A stretch of 64,000 nt of DNA from Lobosporangium transversale (Eukaryota). Below are positions 37,144 through 51,121 of this stretch, piece by piece. The position numbers and the translations under genes were made by a program. The stretch is taken from the NCBI RefSeq assembly GCF_002105155.1, contig NW_019029000.1:1-64000 (forward strand), read 5' to 3'. Each line of letters opens with the position of its first letter. The stretch's first letter is position 1. The notes under the pieces are model-generated. The model made no database searches. It was not told the origin of the DNA and worked only from the letters and a program-made list of their open reading frames with translations.

Positions 37144-38226
37144 TTTCAAGCAAAAAATGCTGATAAGAAGTGAGTGAATGAGTAATGGAAGGAATAAGAA
37201 AGGACGGCAGAATAAAGGGGCTGGAAGAGAGTAAGAAAGATAGAGGATAGGCGTAGATTATGTTAGGTGCACACGTTTAGAAGAAGAAAAAAGGCACCAA
37301 ATCATATGCCTGTTGAAGTAGTAGGATGAATGTAAGAACAAATGGACGGGGCCTTTATTCTTCACCTAGGACATGTAGCCAAGGGAATATCAGGGATCCC
37401 GGATGACCGTTGACGTATTAGGCAGGTCTGAGGCTATCAAATAGATGTGAGGGCAGAAGGAGAGTGGAGATATAAAGTGAAAACGAAACTGGAACAGACA
37501 CACAGCATATCCCCACAAGAATTTGGAAGAATACGTGCAAGATAGACTCAACAAAAAATTGTTTTTGAAAGACAGAAAGGTAAGAGAGAAGATAAAAAAA
37601 AGGAGTATTTACGAATCCTTTGGGGAAACAGGGAATGCCATTTTCTTTTTCGATGCATAGCGATGATATATAGGACATGGAAATAGAGAAACAAGTTGAC
37701 CTTCATAATGATGCTATGCTCCTTATCCTCGAAATAAGGTGAAAGGTTTGTATTTCTATATACACTTTTTTCTAGTAAAATCAGTTCAAGTGGTAAGGGT
37801 CAAAAAAAAAAAAAAAAAAAAAAAAAGGACTTCTGACAAGATTCCAAACATTCCTGACGCAGAGGCATTGACGCACAATAAAAAAATTCCCTGCAATGTA
37901 TTCTACAACATAGTGGCCAAGATGTCTCTAGTGCATAGCACAATTTTCACACCGAAGTGGTTTTTTATGTGACATGGTGAGCTATTTAGGAGCGTCTATA
38001 TGAATCTTTGCTAAAATGCACAGCATGGTCCTTACAAAACTTGGACAAGGGGAAAGACTTTTGTTCGGCTACACCAACTAGTACAATGATAGATCTGATG
38101 GGGATAGGGTATGAAGTTTCAAGAGTTGTCATGAATCTATATTTCAGTCATGTATATATATATATATATATATATATTATGTTGTCTTAAATGACATTAT
38201 AGAAAGTCCGTCCAGCGTACTCTGTC

Positions 38227-39861
38227 TTAGATACCACGGCGTCTAATCAATGAAAGGAATTCTTCTCTTGTCTTTGCATTGTCGCGGAAAACTCCAAACA
38301 TGGAGCTAGTGATTGTTTGGCTGCCAGGTTTCTGAACTCCACGCATCACCATGCAGAAATGGCTTGGGTTTCAAAAAGAAAAAAAAAAAAAAAAAAAAAA
38401 ATCAGCATCGGTACTGTTAACATTGGTAGATGGTTTTTTGAGGCGGAGTATTCGTATACCTGGCCTCCATGACGACAGCAACCCCTTGAGGGCTCAAGAG
38501 TTGCTGCAAGGCCACTGCGACCTGCTTGGTCAGACGTTCCTGCACCTGAAGACGACGACTGAACATCTCGGCTAAGCGAGCAATCTTGCTCAATCCAACG
38601 ACTTTACCATTCTCAGGGATATATCCAATGTGAATCTAATGCAGATAATGCAAGGCGTTTAGTCAATACCAGCATTTTAGGCACTTTGTTGAGCAATATA
38701 AGTTAACTCTGAATAAATATTAGACTGTTGCCTACCTTTCCAGTGAATGGAACCATATGATGTTCACAAAGGGAAAATACATCGATGTCTTTGACGATCA
38801 CCATCTCGTCATGATCTGTCAAAGAAAGCGAATAATGCAAATGTAAGCTTAATTTGAAGCTTTTTCTTCGTTTGATTGCATGCAACGCTAATACCTGGAT
38901 ATTCAATATCCTCATAGAATCAACATTACAACAATACCTTCTTGGAAAAGAGCCTTGTTCATGAGATCTAATATAAAAATAGAAATTTACAAACGATGCA
39001 GGTATGAAATGTCAGTCAGCAAGAAGAAGGTCAATCTTTGATGGCTATCTTATAATTAGGTACAAGTGTGGATCGGTTCAGATATCCTACGAGTAACGCT
39101 CTCTTCATAGCCCTTCGAGAAGAACATGAGCGCCTTTGCATAGCGCTCCGGGGTCTTAAGGAGACCCTCACGGTATGGATCCTCCCCAATGCATTCTAGG
39201 ATTGTGCGCACAGCTCCAGCAATTTTCTCGATCCTGAGTGCACGCGACTCTTCTGTATCTTCTCGACGCTCACGTGCACCAATACCTATTAAAAAAAAAT
39301 AATAATAATAATAATAAACAAAAAGTAATCAATGATTTGACTTGTTGAAAAGGTACACAGACAACTGCGCAAAATAAAATGATTTGTAAACATACTGGGA
39401 AAGCTAAGTCCATCAAAATCGATAGGCGAAGGCTTGCGAGCATGGGGCGACTCTGCTTCCACATAACTTCGTCCGAGACTAAAAGAATGTCCTGTCAAGG
39501 CATGGCTCACGATCGCTGGCCTAGGATGGGAAATTCTATGTGAAAGAGTTCCATCAGTCAAATTTAATTCAATATGATTCAAATTAAGCAGCTATAAATG
39601 TGTGGTTTGTCGTCAGACCGTGGGAACACTGCCTTTTTGAAAAACTGATCCGTGGGTTCCAGATCAAACAAAAATAGAATGGAATCGCATGTCATGCCAC
39701 TGATCCCTGAACATAATACCATGAACAAATGTGATCATGGAATTCGAGCATGGTCAAAATGCAAGTTCATGTCGACATTGATCTACTCTTTGGCATTTGC
39801 TCCTCCGACAACGGAGAACGAACAGTCTGGAAATTATGCTTTATGTGGGAAAGAGCAGAGA

Positions 39862-39892
<31 letters not shown>

Positions 39893-39983
39893 CAATGGGT
39901 AATTTTTCTTACTGGACATGATCAGTTGCTGCGTCGACTTCGAGGCCGTCAAGGTCGTTGTCATTGTTAAGATGGTAAGCCAT
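38227..39983 (-). CDS. FOL2: GTP cyclohydrolase I, ~7 exons including a 30 nt micro-exon (38967-38938)
   Basis: [93 protein letters not shown]. Start exon [10 protein letters not shown] (39983-39913) splices in frame to 39478. Confidence 0.95.
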
Positions 39984-40658
39984 TTGATAAAACTGCAGTT
40001 GAATAAAGTGATGAAGGCGAAAGATAAAAGAAGGTCGAGAGAATACAGAGAGGGAAAAAATAAAATAAAAACAACAGAAATGAGGAGTAGGAACCTAAAA
40101 AACAAAAACAAATTCAGGTGTAGGCGAGCACGGGACAGTGACGACTCATCATTTTAATCTTCCTAGACAAGTTTCATCCGTCAACTGGTGTTCTTGGGAA
40201 TTTATCCTACGTTTATCATTTGGAGGATAAACAAGCGGGAAAAAATTGCTGACTTCTTCCTTTTTATGTCACAAGCCAAATAAAGAAGATAGTTGTCATC
40301 AGATCAAGCCAGAAGGTGCCCATACGATTGACCTTCCACTAAAACTTGGAAAATAAATTTTCGGCAAGCAAAGAAATGTGTGGGGATGTAAAAGTTTCTG
40401 TGGAATAAGCTGGGTGGCTGTGTAATCAATTGATTGGTGATGTTGCACCAGCATTTTTGCTACTCCTCGAATACAGTGCACGTTGATTTTTGCTTCAGGA
40501 GCAGGAACCTTTAATAATGAATGTTTTGTATTGGATTGAATAATAATCTCCTTTTGTATGCAAGGGCATGCAACTCATCCTCATTCATTATTAAACGGCA
40601 ATCAATGTCTGTTTCCGGATTGGATAGAATGAAACTTGGGCTGAGCTCTCAACGCTTT

Positions 40659-40693
<35 letters not shown>

Positions 40694-41317
40694 GGGCTAA
40701 TCCGTTGACAAAGCAGAATGTCCTGGTGACACATGCAATGATGGATGCCAAATATAATTTTGTTGCGAGCAATTCTGAGTGGTTTGAATGCGAGAGCCTT
40801 GTTGATAGTTACTGGCTTTCCCCATCCATCTCTAAATCTCTGGTTTTGTCTGTTTAGAGCTGGCTTGTAAAATGGCGACTATGATCCGACCATCATTTCT
40901 TTTTTTTAGTAAGTTTGTTCCTGCATCATAAACATTTGAGTCGCTCACTTTTGGACACTTTTTTTACCACTTTTTACCGCCTGTTGTTGTTTTCAGTCAT
41001 CCTTTCCCCTTTTTTGCCTCTTTCTTCTTCTTTCCATTCACTTCACTTGCTTTGTCATTTCACTCTACTTCCACTCTTCTCATTTATGAATTGCAGGAGC
41101 TCTTTGAATTCTCAATTGGAACTGACATCTCAAAACACATTTACGGCCGGCTCTCATTCATATAAATAGCTATAGAGTCTTAGTGCTTTCATTCTGGTCG
41201 CGTTCACTTTTTGTGTTGAATCCACCTTGCTACGTCCCCTTTGTTGCTTTCATTCATTCCCTCCAGTAATCTTCGCTCCAGTGCACAGACAGGTACACAC
41301 ATTTACACATATAGACA

Positions 41318-43372
41318 ATGTCCACAGTGCGCCACAAAGAGGAGTCATCGCTCCAATACCAAGATACCACAACCACCTCCACCTCTACAAATTTATCACT
41401 GTCTCCTATACATAAACATCAACCCGATTACTCGTTAGACCAAAGCAACATCGAAGACGACTTCGGAAACGACTCTTTGCAGGCAGATAGCTCAAGCATG
41501 TCTCAGCAAGATGCAGAGGCGACATCACCTCTCACACCTACCACGACTTGTTCTTTGTCCTCCTCGGCTTCATTATCTTCGGCTTCTTCTTTATCAAACT
41601 ACAGACGCGCTGCATCGAGATTGAGTACTTCGACTGCCATGTCACTGTTTAATCATACAACAACAGGAGAAGGTGGCGATCGAGCTTTTGGATATCCTTA
41701 TCACCACTATCGAACGTCATTCATTTCTAGGAGACATCAGCAGGCTCGCACTCTCTCCGAAGAGCTATCGACGGCTGTAAGACAAGATCCCGAAGACAAC
41801 TACTCTTCCCCCAGTACTCCCTCAGGCCTTTTACCTAATCCCGCTGACCTGTCCACGCTTTCCTCTTCTCCTACTTTGTCATCATCATCATTGTCATCAT
41901 CAACAACAACACTCGTATCGTCTACCTCTGAACACTTTCCACTGTTCAAGCCGTCCAGGTCTTCTAGTCAGCAGAATGGATACATCTCACCTGACCAGAA
42001 ACCAAAACCATCCCCTCTGGCCTTGCACAATAACTATAAGTCGCAAGGCCAAGGGCACATAGTAGCAACAGGACGTGGAAGCCCCACATTTTCTCCTCGT
42101 CCTGGTAGCCCCACCTCCGCAGTCTCGCACGACTGCATTACAGCCACAGACATCGCGGGATCTCCGCGCACAGCCTCTGCTGCCGTAGCTGCCAATTTAA
42201 GTGTTTCATCCTCAACTCGATCGAGCTTTTATCTTAGTCGTGGTTCTCTGTCGTCTTCCTCTGTCTCGTCTTCCGGCTCGTCCTCGCCACGTAGCTCGAT
42301 AGCTCCATGCTCGGCGTTATGCCTTCAATCCAGTGATAAGCGCTATTCCTATAATGGTTACCAACAGATTCTGAATGAGAATCATCATTCAACTTGCCAG
42401 TACTATAACGATATACAACGAACCATGTCTCCATCTCCACGACTACAGGTCGAGACACGCAAATCTAAATCTGGGCGTGCAACCAAAGGTAAGCAACATT
42501 TGTTTTAATAGTAGTGGCAGTGATAATGGCAATAGTAGATTTAGATAAGGGGCCAAGATGAGCGTGATGAAAGCACGGGAACACCACATGTAACTAGCTG
42601 CCTAATAGTAACGCAGTTGAGGTGGCGAGCTTTTGCCCTATCAGCAAACCAATTGCCGACAGTCAACGAAAAAGGACTATCTATTAATCACTCTATACCA
42701 TCCTTTCCATCTTCATTTACATATGAATCATTATTATTGGACTATATTATTTTAAATATAGCTGGTAAGAAGCACGGAGCTGCCAAGACCTTGGAAGAAG
42801 AAGACCCAATGAATAAATTAACTTTAGTAAGTCCATGTCGCTTTTGTTTTGTTTTTTAACATGTCGAGTTTATTATTGTTATTACTATTATGATGTGATC
42901 AATGAAAACACATTCCGGTCATAATGAACATTAGGAGAGCCTGTTGCTCATGACTTCGGATAAAAGGGTTAAATACAAGGCTCATGTTTTGCTAACAATT
43001 TGGTCAATTACACTTCTCATATTATAGCAACTTGAATCAACTCCACTGGATAGTCCCAGCTCTCGTCCATCGCGTCCCCTATCTTTCTCCGGCTCAGTCC
43101 ATAGTTCTAGCAGGCCTTCGCCAAGGATAACTGGTTACTATAAGGCTAAAACTGCGCGTCCCTATCGATCGTCTCGTCAATCATACTGTGGTTCAGGAGG
43201 ATTATCTTCTCTTTATAACATGGGACATCCACGGAGCCCATCGATGCCTGGACAGCTTGATGCTGATAGCACAGACGCGGCATTCTTGAGAATGGAAGCA
43301 CAGCTGAATAACTTAATTGCCGAAGGCAAACGAGCACTAGGTAGTCAAATCGAGGTTTGGGATGAGGAATAG
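41318..43372 (+). CDS. Ser-rich hypothetical protein with short C-terminal helix (LNNLIAEGKRALGSQIEV); exons 41318-42488, 42762-42826, 43028-43372
   Basis: Long ORF plus two in-frame GT-AG spliced exons; function unknown. Confidence 0.75.
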
Positions 43373-43756
43373 TCCGACTATCATCATTATGCTAGTCATA
43401 TAGTTTTTTTTGTTTGCTCTTGATACCTCTTTCTTTGTCCCTTAATAGAAACATCGCGGATGAAATTATATACTGCATTAGAGTGCATAGCATTGTCATC
43501 GACACATTAAATAAATATAAAAAAAAGGAATTGTTCTTACTCTGCAAGTGTCTAACTAATATGCAAGCATCAGCTATGACTTAGTTTTGTGCCAATATTG
43601 TTTTACTTTTTTTATATATATCTTTGGCAATCATCAGACAGGACATTTAGAAAGACCAGATGATCAGTTGCATGTAGCTCTATGTCATGCCATTCTTTTT
43701 TTTTTTCCTTTTCTACCAATCTTTTCCCTGCACATGCTAGATGCTACTATGATGAT

Positions 43757-44041
43757 TCAAAAAGAAGGACTAGATGTCTTGTTTTTCTGTGTAGTCTCTT
43801 GGATATAAAACTGATACAGACGAAAGAGACGGTATCCAACCAAGAATGCAGCCAGATAGATCAAGAGTGACAATTTTCCACTCCAGAAATGTTTCTTGCG
43901 TGTAGCCTGAAGTGCATTATTGTAAGGGCGAAAGGTACGCTGACCACGTCGAGGCTGTTGTTGCTGAGATTGCTGTTGTTGTTGTTGATGTATTCCTCGT
44001 TGTACGCCTGATCGAGCCAGTCGCCTTGGTTGCTGTATCAT
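43757..44041 (-). CDS. Small (94 aa) basic protein with a single C-proximal hydrophobic segment
   Basis: MIQQPRRLARSG...KLSLLIYLAAFLVGYRLFRLY; ATG at 44041, divergent from the 44262 gene. No family recognised. Confidence 0.5.
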   Translation of the reverse strand: MIQQPRRLARSGVQRGIHQQQQQQSQQQQPRRGQRTFRPYNNALQATRKKHFWSGKLSLLIYLAAFLVGYRLFRLYQFYIQETTQKNKTSSPSF

Positions 44042-44261
44042 TCTCTCTGAAAGTAATGAAATGCATGAATACATGAGCAAAAAAAAAGGCATCTGCAAAC
44101 TTAATTGTTCGACGTCACACATGCTGTTTCTTAACCCCTTTTTCCTTCACTTGCTCTTTCGATTCCCAACTATCTTCCACCTTTCTAACGACTAAGGAAA
44201 AGAAAGAGTTCTTCCCAATCATCTTTAACATACAATACATATATAAGAAAGAGAAAACAAC

Positions 44262-46108
44262 ATGAAGCTTCTGACTTTATCTTTGTCGACATTGTTCTCG
44301 ACTTTAGCTTACAGCTCAACATTAACAGGAATAGAAGCAGCAGCAGGGGCAGGAGCAGGAGCAACAGAAGCACCAGCAACTGTGTATTTCTTCACTCATG
44401 GAAGTTCCATTTCATACAATAGCAATAAGGACCATTGTGATGTGCCTTTGTTGGACTTGAAGGAAACCCGTGCCACATTAGCTCATTGGTTGAACTTAGG
44501 ACCACTCTCCAAGAGTCATGAGGAAAAGGATACATTTGTCAACATTCATGGTCCGATCCAACAGGTGTTGAATAATCAACCTGGCATGGTTAGGAAGGAT
44601 ATGTTTGAAACTATTGATGCAAACCTGATGATGGTCATTGAAGGAGTAAATGACTCTCAAGGTAAGAAAAAAAAAATAAAAAAAAGAAATAGGCATATGT
44701 CTACTAAATGAAATACGCGCGTCTTTTTTTTTTTTTTTTTTTTTTTTTTATTTTACCCTTTGAATTGGACATCATAATTCAGGACACAACTACTTGACTG
44801 ATCCCATTGTTATTATCGCCTTCTTTAACTACCAATATGTAGATCTACTTCCTTTGCTTGATCCTGTCTTCAAGATTGATACTAGTGAAGGTATCCAAGA
44901 TATCATCACAGAACTGGGCAACACCATCCCTGAGGGAAATAGACATCTCTTCAACACTGTATGTGTTTTCGTTCTCTCCCCTTTGATCTAATTTCTCCCA
45001 AAAGGCGGTCAGCCTCCACATGATCTCATGAATCTCACGCGCTATCCTGTGCTCTTTTTTTTTTTTTTTTTTTTTTACTCCTATATTATTTTTTTTAGCA
45101 CAAGTCTTCAAAATCAGGAAATGCGCTGGCAAATGCGCACCTTCTTGAGGAGCATCATACCAATATCGATATCAATGTCTTTGATCTTGACAAGAGGGTA
45201 AATACTCCTTATTTACACTTTTTCGCAAAAGTCAAGTTGGGTTATTATTCCTTTTTATCACTAATCCTTTATTATAATTATTATAAATGTTGTTACCCTT
45301 AACTGTTAGGCTGATGCGTTGTTCCTGGAGGAATCTGTGTCGCTACGCAATTACTTGGACCAATACCGCACCCAGTATGGAAATGACAACTCCGATTTCT
45401 TCCGCGTCACAATCAAAGGTCTAGCTGCTCTTGCATCTGAACATGGCGTTGATTCTGTTCAGTACAAGACTGCTCAACAAGTCTTGAAGGAGTTTTTGGC
45501 GGATGTAAGTCATAAAAAAAGAAAAGAAAAAAAAAAAGGTCAAACAGGCATGGGGCATAGTAGAAATGACCTTTTTTATTCTATGCGATATATACTAATC
45601 ATCAGATGGTACATTTCTTTGTTCTCAGACCCTTATCCCCAAATTCGGACAAATCCACAAGAAGTTCACTGCTACCATTATCACAGTTGCACCTTTGGCC
45701 CATCATGAGTTTGAATCATCTTCATCCTTCAATGAAAACCCTCTGTTGAAAGCCTCAGCTCCTTCTAACCGATTGAAGAAACGCGCTTTGCCTCAGAATG
45801 GACACTGTTTTGAGACTGAAGCAGATTGCCAGACGAATACGAATGGTTGTAACGAGCATGGATCCTGTGTGTTCAGTATTGCAGCCAACTGCTTTACTTG
45901 CAAGTGTAGCCGCGTCAACAATACCCAGTATGGAGGCAAGACTTGCGACAAGATTGATGTGTCGGTCGAATTCCATTTATTCTTCTGGCTAGGTCTGGGC
46001 TTGATCTTGACCGTTGCCGTGGCTGTGGGCATGATCGTTCAAATGGGTAACCATTCTCAAGGAGGTGTGCCCGTTGGTCCTACGAGGGCGCAACTGAAGC
46101 GGGATTAA
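44262..46108 (+). CDS. DUF3844 (Vps3844-like) type I membrane protein, ~5 exons
   Basis: Signal peptide MKLLTLSLSTLFSTLAYS; C-terminal Cys-rich CFETEADCQTNTNGCNEHGSC...CFTCKC...YGGKTCDKIDVSVEFHLFFW followed by a TM helix. Confidence 0.85.
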
Positions 46109-46331
46109 AAAAGAAATAATCTCTAGTCAGTAGTGGAGAGAACAAGACAAAATATATATCAAAGTTGGTTTATAAGTGAATAGTGTGAATAAAAGGAAAC
46201 AAAACTGGAAAACACTCCTTGAAGTGATATGAATGAATGCGATGCTTTATAATGTTTTTATTATATATTCTATATATCATGATGCCTATTTTGACTTTTT
46301 TTTTTTTTTTTTTTTTTTTTTTGGAGTCTAA

Positions 46332-48667
46332 TTACAGAGGTGGTGGGACATATCCGTCATTACTGGCTTTCTTATTGTTGTCGACACTACTGTTATTATC
46401 ATTGTTTTCAATTATCACCTGTGGAGCGCGCGCGCCTGGCGATGGACTCTGTTGTACTGGATACATCGTTGTAGCAGGCCACGTTGTAGAAGAGGCTTGA
46501 TAACCCTGTTGATAGAAAGGATCATACGGGGAGACGTGGCTGCTATTGTAATGACTGGAAGGTGGTGGATGGTGATAGTATTCAGTTGCAGTTGCTTTGA
46601 CAGCTACAGAGGCAGAACTGGCCATAAACGGATTAGGGCTTGGTGAGGGCATATTTTGGTGATACCCAGGACCGGAATGGAACTCATCAGGTGACACGAA
46701 TGGGTTTGAGTCATTCGCATGACTCTGATACACTGTTGGAGGAGATTGCACTCCACTGGCGGCAACGCTACCACCATAATGTGTCGCTGGAGAACTCATC
46801 ATGTAAGGGCTAGAATGAGCACCATACGGGCTACCATCGCCCATATACTTTTCAGATCCATATCCACCTACGGGAGCATTGTGTGCAACCATAGGTGTAT
46901 GGTAATACTGATGCTGTTGGGGATCGACTGGAATGTTAGGACTATGATAGCCTTCCATCTTGTTAAGCGGGTATTCATTGTTAGCATAACAGCCATGGTA
47001 GCCACCATCACCCATTCCATCGATTGCTGCTGGTGCCGCTGGAGTATGAGGACTACTAGCTACTGTAGATGAGGACACCTGTACTTTAATATTAGAATCA
47101 TCTTCTGAACTTGCTGCCGCAACGAAAGCATCTGGTCGATAAGCGGTCCCATTTGCCTCTCTTTTTTTCCGTCTCCATCGGACGACCAAGAAAGCTCCTA
47201 GACCAACAAGTGCACAAAACGCTACTAATGCTCCGATGATGGTTCCAGTGCTGGATGATTCTTTCTTTTCGCCCACACTATATTCGTCTGTCCATTTATC
47301 TTGATTCAGATTATAGACGATAGGTAAACTGTTGAGCATGGTGCTTCGGGCCGATCCACTGGATCCACCCCAGGCAATGAATTGATGCGAATGAAGTGCA
47401 CAGGCCATCCTCGTTCGAGCTACAGGGGCTGGTTGTCCTTGTCTCCATTTCCCACTTTTGACGTCCAAAATGTAAATCGTGTTGTAAAAAAGATTATTGT
47501 CCGCCGCGCCTCCAAATACAACAACCGTGGAACCGTCCTCCGCTATAAATGTTTGAGGAAAAGAAAAGGAGGGGGGAAGGGCAAATGTGAGTGATGTAGG
47601 ACTATAAGCAAACAAGAAAAAGGTAAAAGCATGTTATGTAAATGTCTGTGCTTAGATGCAAGACTTACAAGCAGCCATGCAATGATCCAACCGAGCAGGA
47701 GGTTTGTCTCCAGATGTGGACTAATGAGAATTAAAAAACGGATGAGATTTTTTCCTTCAACAGCCAATCGCGTTCTTCAAACACGAGGATCCACAGACCT
47801 CTTCTTTTTTTTTTTTTTTTTTTTTTTTTTTGTCTTTAGTCTTTGTAAAAGACTTACCATTGTCTTCCAAGTCCTTGAGGCAATATCATATTCGTTGAAC
47901 TCTTCAGATTCCAATGCAGCCACACTCGCTGGAGGAGCTCTTGTTCCTCCAAGAGTGATGATTGAATTTCGAGAACTGATAAAGGCTGCTGTCAAATCTG
48001 TCACACTCGAATCTGCTGAGGCAGATTGTTGAGTAACCAACTTTCCTGATTTAGGGTCATAGACTGAGAATTGATTATAAGTCGTGTTGGAATTGGTGCG
48101 GCCAAAGCCCCCGATGATATAAATCAATCCTGTATTAGGATCTGATACAGCAGCATGACCTTCTAGTTCCGGATAAGGGGGTTTAACAGTGGACTGAAGA
48201 TTCCAGGTACTGGAATCGATATCAAATGTAGTGAAAAATTCCGTATTTTTACCCACTCCTCCAATGGCTAAAATCGTACCCTTGGGTCCTCCATTGGAAG
48301 CTGAACTGATGGGTGCCAATGCTAAATGGGTACTTGATTGTCCATCAGGGAGTTTAGTCCAAGAAGCAGAGGATGTAGTCCAGGAAGTTGAGAGATCCAG
48401 AGAGATGAATTGACTGGATGCTTCCTGGTCGTATCCTCCTTGAATATACAATGCATCGTTGATCGTGGCGAATCCAATACGACGGGTTCCGACAGGTTGA
48501 AAAGATTGAGCATCCGAGACTGAAATCAAACAGCTCAGAGTGAGCGTGATCAACGAGAGAGTGATGGTGATGCGAGAAGAAGTAGATGAAGATGAAAGAT
48601 GGTGGCACTTCTGTGAGGACAAAAGTCCTTTGTGCTGACAGCTGTGACAGCTATGACAGTAATGCAT
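46332..48667 (-). CDS. Kelch/galactose-oxidase beta-propeller type I membrane protein, exons 48667-47859, 47720-47669, 47542-46332
   Basis: Hydrophobic leader, Kelch GG repeats (LYIQGG, ILAIGG, IYIIGG, IITLGG, VVVFGG, FIAWGG), TM IIGALVAFCALVGLGAFLVV followed by RWRRKK, and a Pro/Tyr-rich tail. Confidence 0.88.
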
Positions 48668-48875
48668 CCTGATTAATTTAAAATGTATGTATCTTGAACG
48701 GTGGCAGTGGTGATAAATTAAGTTGAAACGGGGGAAGAGTTGTGGTTATGGTGGTGTCGTGATCCAAATGCTGGAGAAAAAAAAAAAAGTACTTTATTGC
48801 TGTTGTTACAATAGCACTGAATTGAATGAAGATTGGAAGAAGGATTAAAGAACAAAGAAAAATATTAGAAGAGGA

Positions 48876-48914
<39 letters not shown>

Positions 48915-50260
48915 AGAAGGAAAAAAAGACTGGATTAGAGTGGACAAAGTCAATTGAAAGACTAAGCAATGACTGATGCGACAGGTGGGTTGCAGGCCAA
49001 ATTGGATGGTATCCAGTAGAGGAAGGGAAGGGAACGGAAAGGAGCAGGAATAGGATCGTTTCGTTTTAGAAGAAGGAAGAAGGAAGAGGAAAGGAGGAAG
49101 GAAAAAGAAGAGAGAGAAGGAGGGCGCTCGGAGGCAGGAGGATGAAATAGATGAATGAGAAACAATAAGGAAGAAAGAAAGGAAAAGAGGGGGACAAAAG
49201 ACGAGAGAGAATATCAGAAATGAATGAATGAGAGAGGCTGTGGTTTAAAAAAGAGCAAACACGCACACACAAATGGTTATTAAGAAATATACAATATGTT
49301 ACAGTGGGATAGATTGATAGAAAGATTGAGGGGGATGATGTGCATGCTATTCTCGGTAAATCTTCTATGTTAAGAACAATAGACGCAAACAAACAAACAA
49401 CATAAAAAATAAAAAATAAAAAAAAATCACTGGCTTGATGAAGAGGATCTTCGTTTTGAGAATTTATCCAACCCTTGCTTCTTTTGAAGGAAAAAAGAAA
49501 AAAAAAAAAAAAAAGTCAAGGAATGAATGAATGAATGGCGGGGAAAGTAGAGCAAAAAAAAAAATAAACCTGTTGATATACATCTTTGCTCTGTTCCACT
49601 CTGCTTCTGTTTATGTTCACAATAATAATAGTGACCATAGAAACCCAACGTTAAAAGGCTTTTTTTTTTTTTTTTTTTTTTTTTTTTGCAAGGATGTAAT
49701 GTGCACTACCCTTCCTGTTTTATCTGCAGTCTCTCCGTTAACTTGCACACCACCCATTGCCCGCCCACCTCGTCGTCCGAAGCGAATGGCCCGTGGAACG
49801 CATTTCTGAGATTCGAATGTGTTTGTGTTAATTAAAAGAATGGTTTTTTTTAGAGTTCGGTGTGGACAATAAAAATCAAACACTGGACAATGGATGAATA
49901 TTTATGAATGGCGGGATCAAAGGATGGATGTGTGGTGTGTTTGTGTGTGTTGTGAGCGATTTTAATCTGGCTACACAAAACATCTTTTAGTCTGACCCCT
50001 CCCCTCCCCCATGGCTCCCATTTCACGTCCCCTTCATGCTCTTTTCACTTCCTCCTCTTCCAGGCTGTCAGCAATTGAATGTTTATGATGAAATACCAAA
50101 TTATTCGCCATAAAAAAAGAATCAATGAATGGCACATGAAGAAATGAAAAATAGAAAAAATTTTGATCCATGCTCTTTCTTTTTTTTTTTTATGTTTGCC
50201 AATAAGCTACTTGCGAGCACATAAACACTCAGCAAGGAACAACTACATGTATATATTATA

Positions 50261-50516
50261 CAGTGGAATCTCGATAATTGTACACTTTTGTACAAATTTC
50301 AAATTTGATATATTTCTAGGCCATTGGTTGGCTAAGAGCCTTACTCTTTTAAAAAAAAGTATTCTAAAAAACCCACACTCAACTGGAGTAGAGGAATCAG
50401 CAGAGGATTTTTAGAATAGTTTTTCATGAATTGTGGGCTTCTTAGCCAATCAATAACCGAGAAATATAGCAAATTCGAAAATTGTACAAAAGTGTACAAT
50501 TATCGAGATTCCACTG
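50261..50516. mobile_element. 256 bp MITE, Tc1/mariner superfamily (pogo/Tigger-like termini), TA target duplication
   Basis: TA-CAGTGGAATCTCGATAATTGTACACTTTTGTACAA...TTGTACAAAAGTGTACAATTATCGAGATTCCACTG-TA: 35 bp perfect TIR extending imperfectly to ~80 bp; no ORF. Confidence 0.92.
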
Positions 50517-51090
50517 TATCTCATTTCATTTCACTTCTCCCTTTATTTCCAGTCTGGAGTTAATACTTTATCGGTTTCATTGGCCAGCCACCAGGACCTT
50601 ATTTATTTTTTATTTTTTTTTTTTAGTTCAAATCTTCTTTCATCATTGGATTAGCAATCTTTTTTATTGACAAGACACTTAAACAACAGAAAAAAAGAAA
50701 TTAGCACTAAAATAATCTTGAAGAGATTAGCATTTCTTCTCAGCATTCCTCGAAAATCTTTCCTCCCCGTTGTCTAATCATCTTCAGTGTTGCTAGAAGA
50801 GAAGAACTGTGGAGTATGGAGGTAAAAATAATAATAATACGAATGTCTCACGCGTCATGACATTTTGGGCGTTATATACTAATTTAATTCTGCACTAAAT
50901 GTCTTTTCAAGATATGGGCGTTAAGAGAAAAAAAAAAAACGGCAGTTCATTCCTGTGAAACACAATGCTTGTAAGAGCGAAAGGCTTTTCTAACACTCAT
51001 GCAACCATCTTCCCCTTTCTATTTTGTCTTACATTGCAACATGTCCAATTGCTTGTGCATAAAGCTTTTGGAGGATTTTTCTTTTTCTTT

Positions 51091-51121
<31 letters not shown>

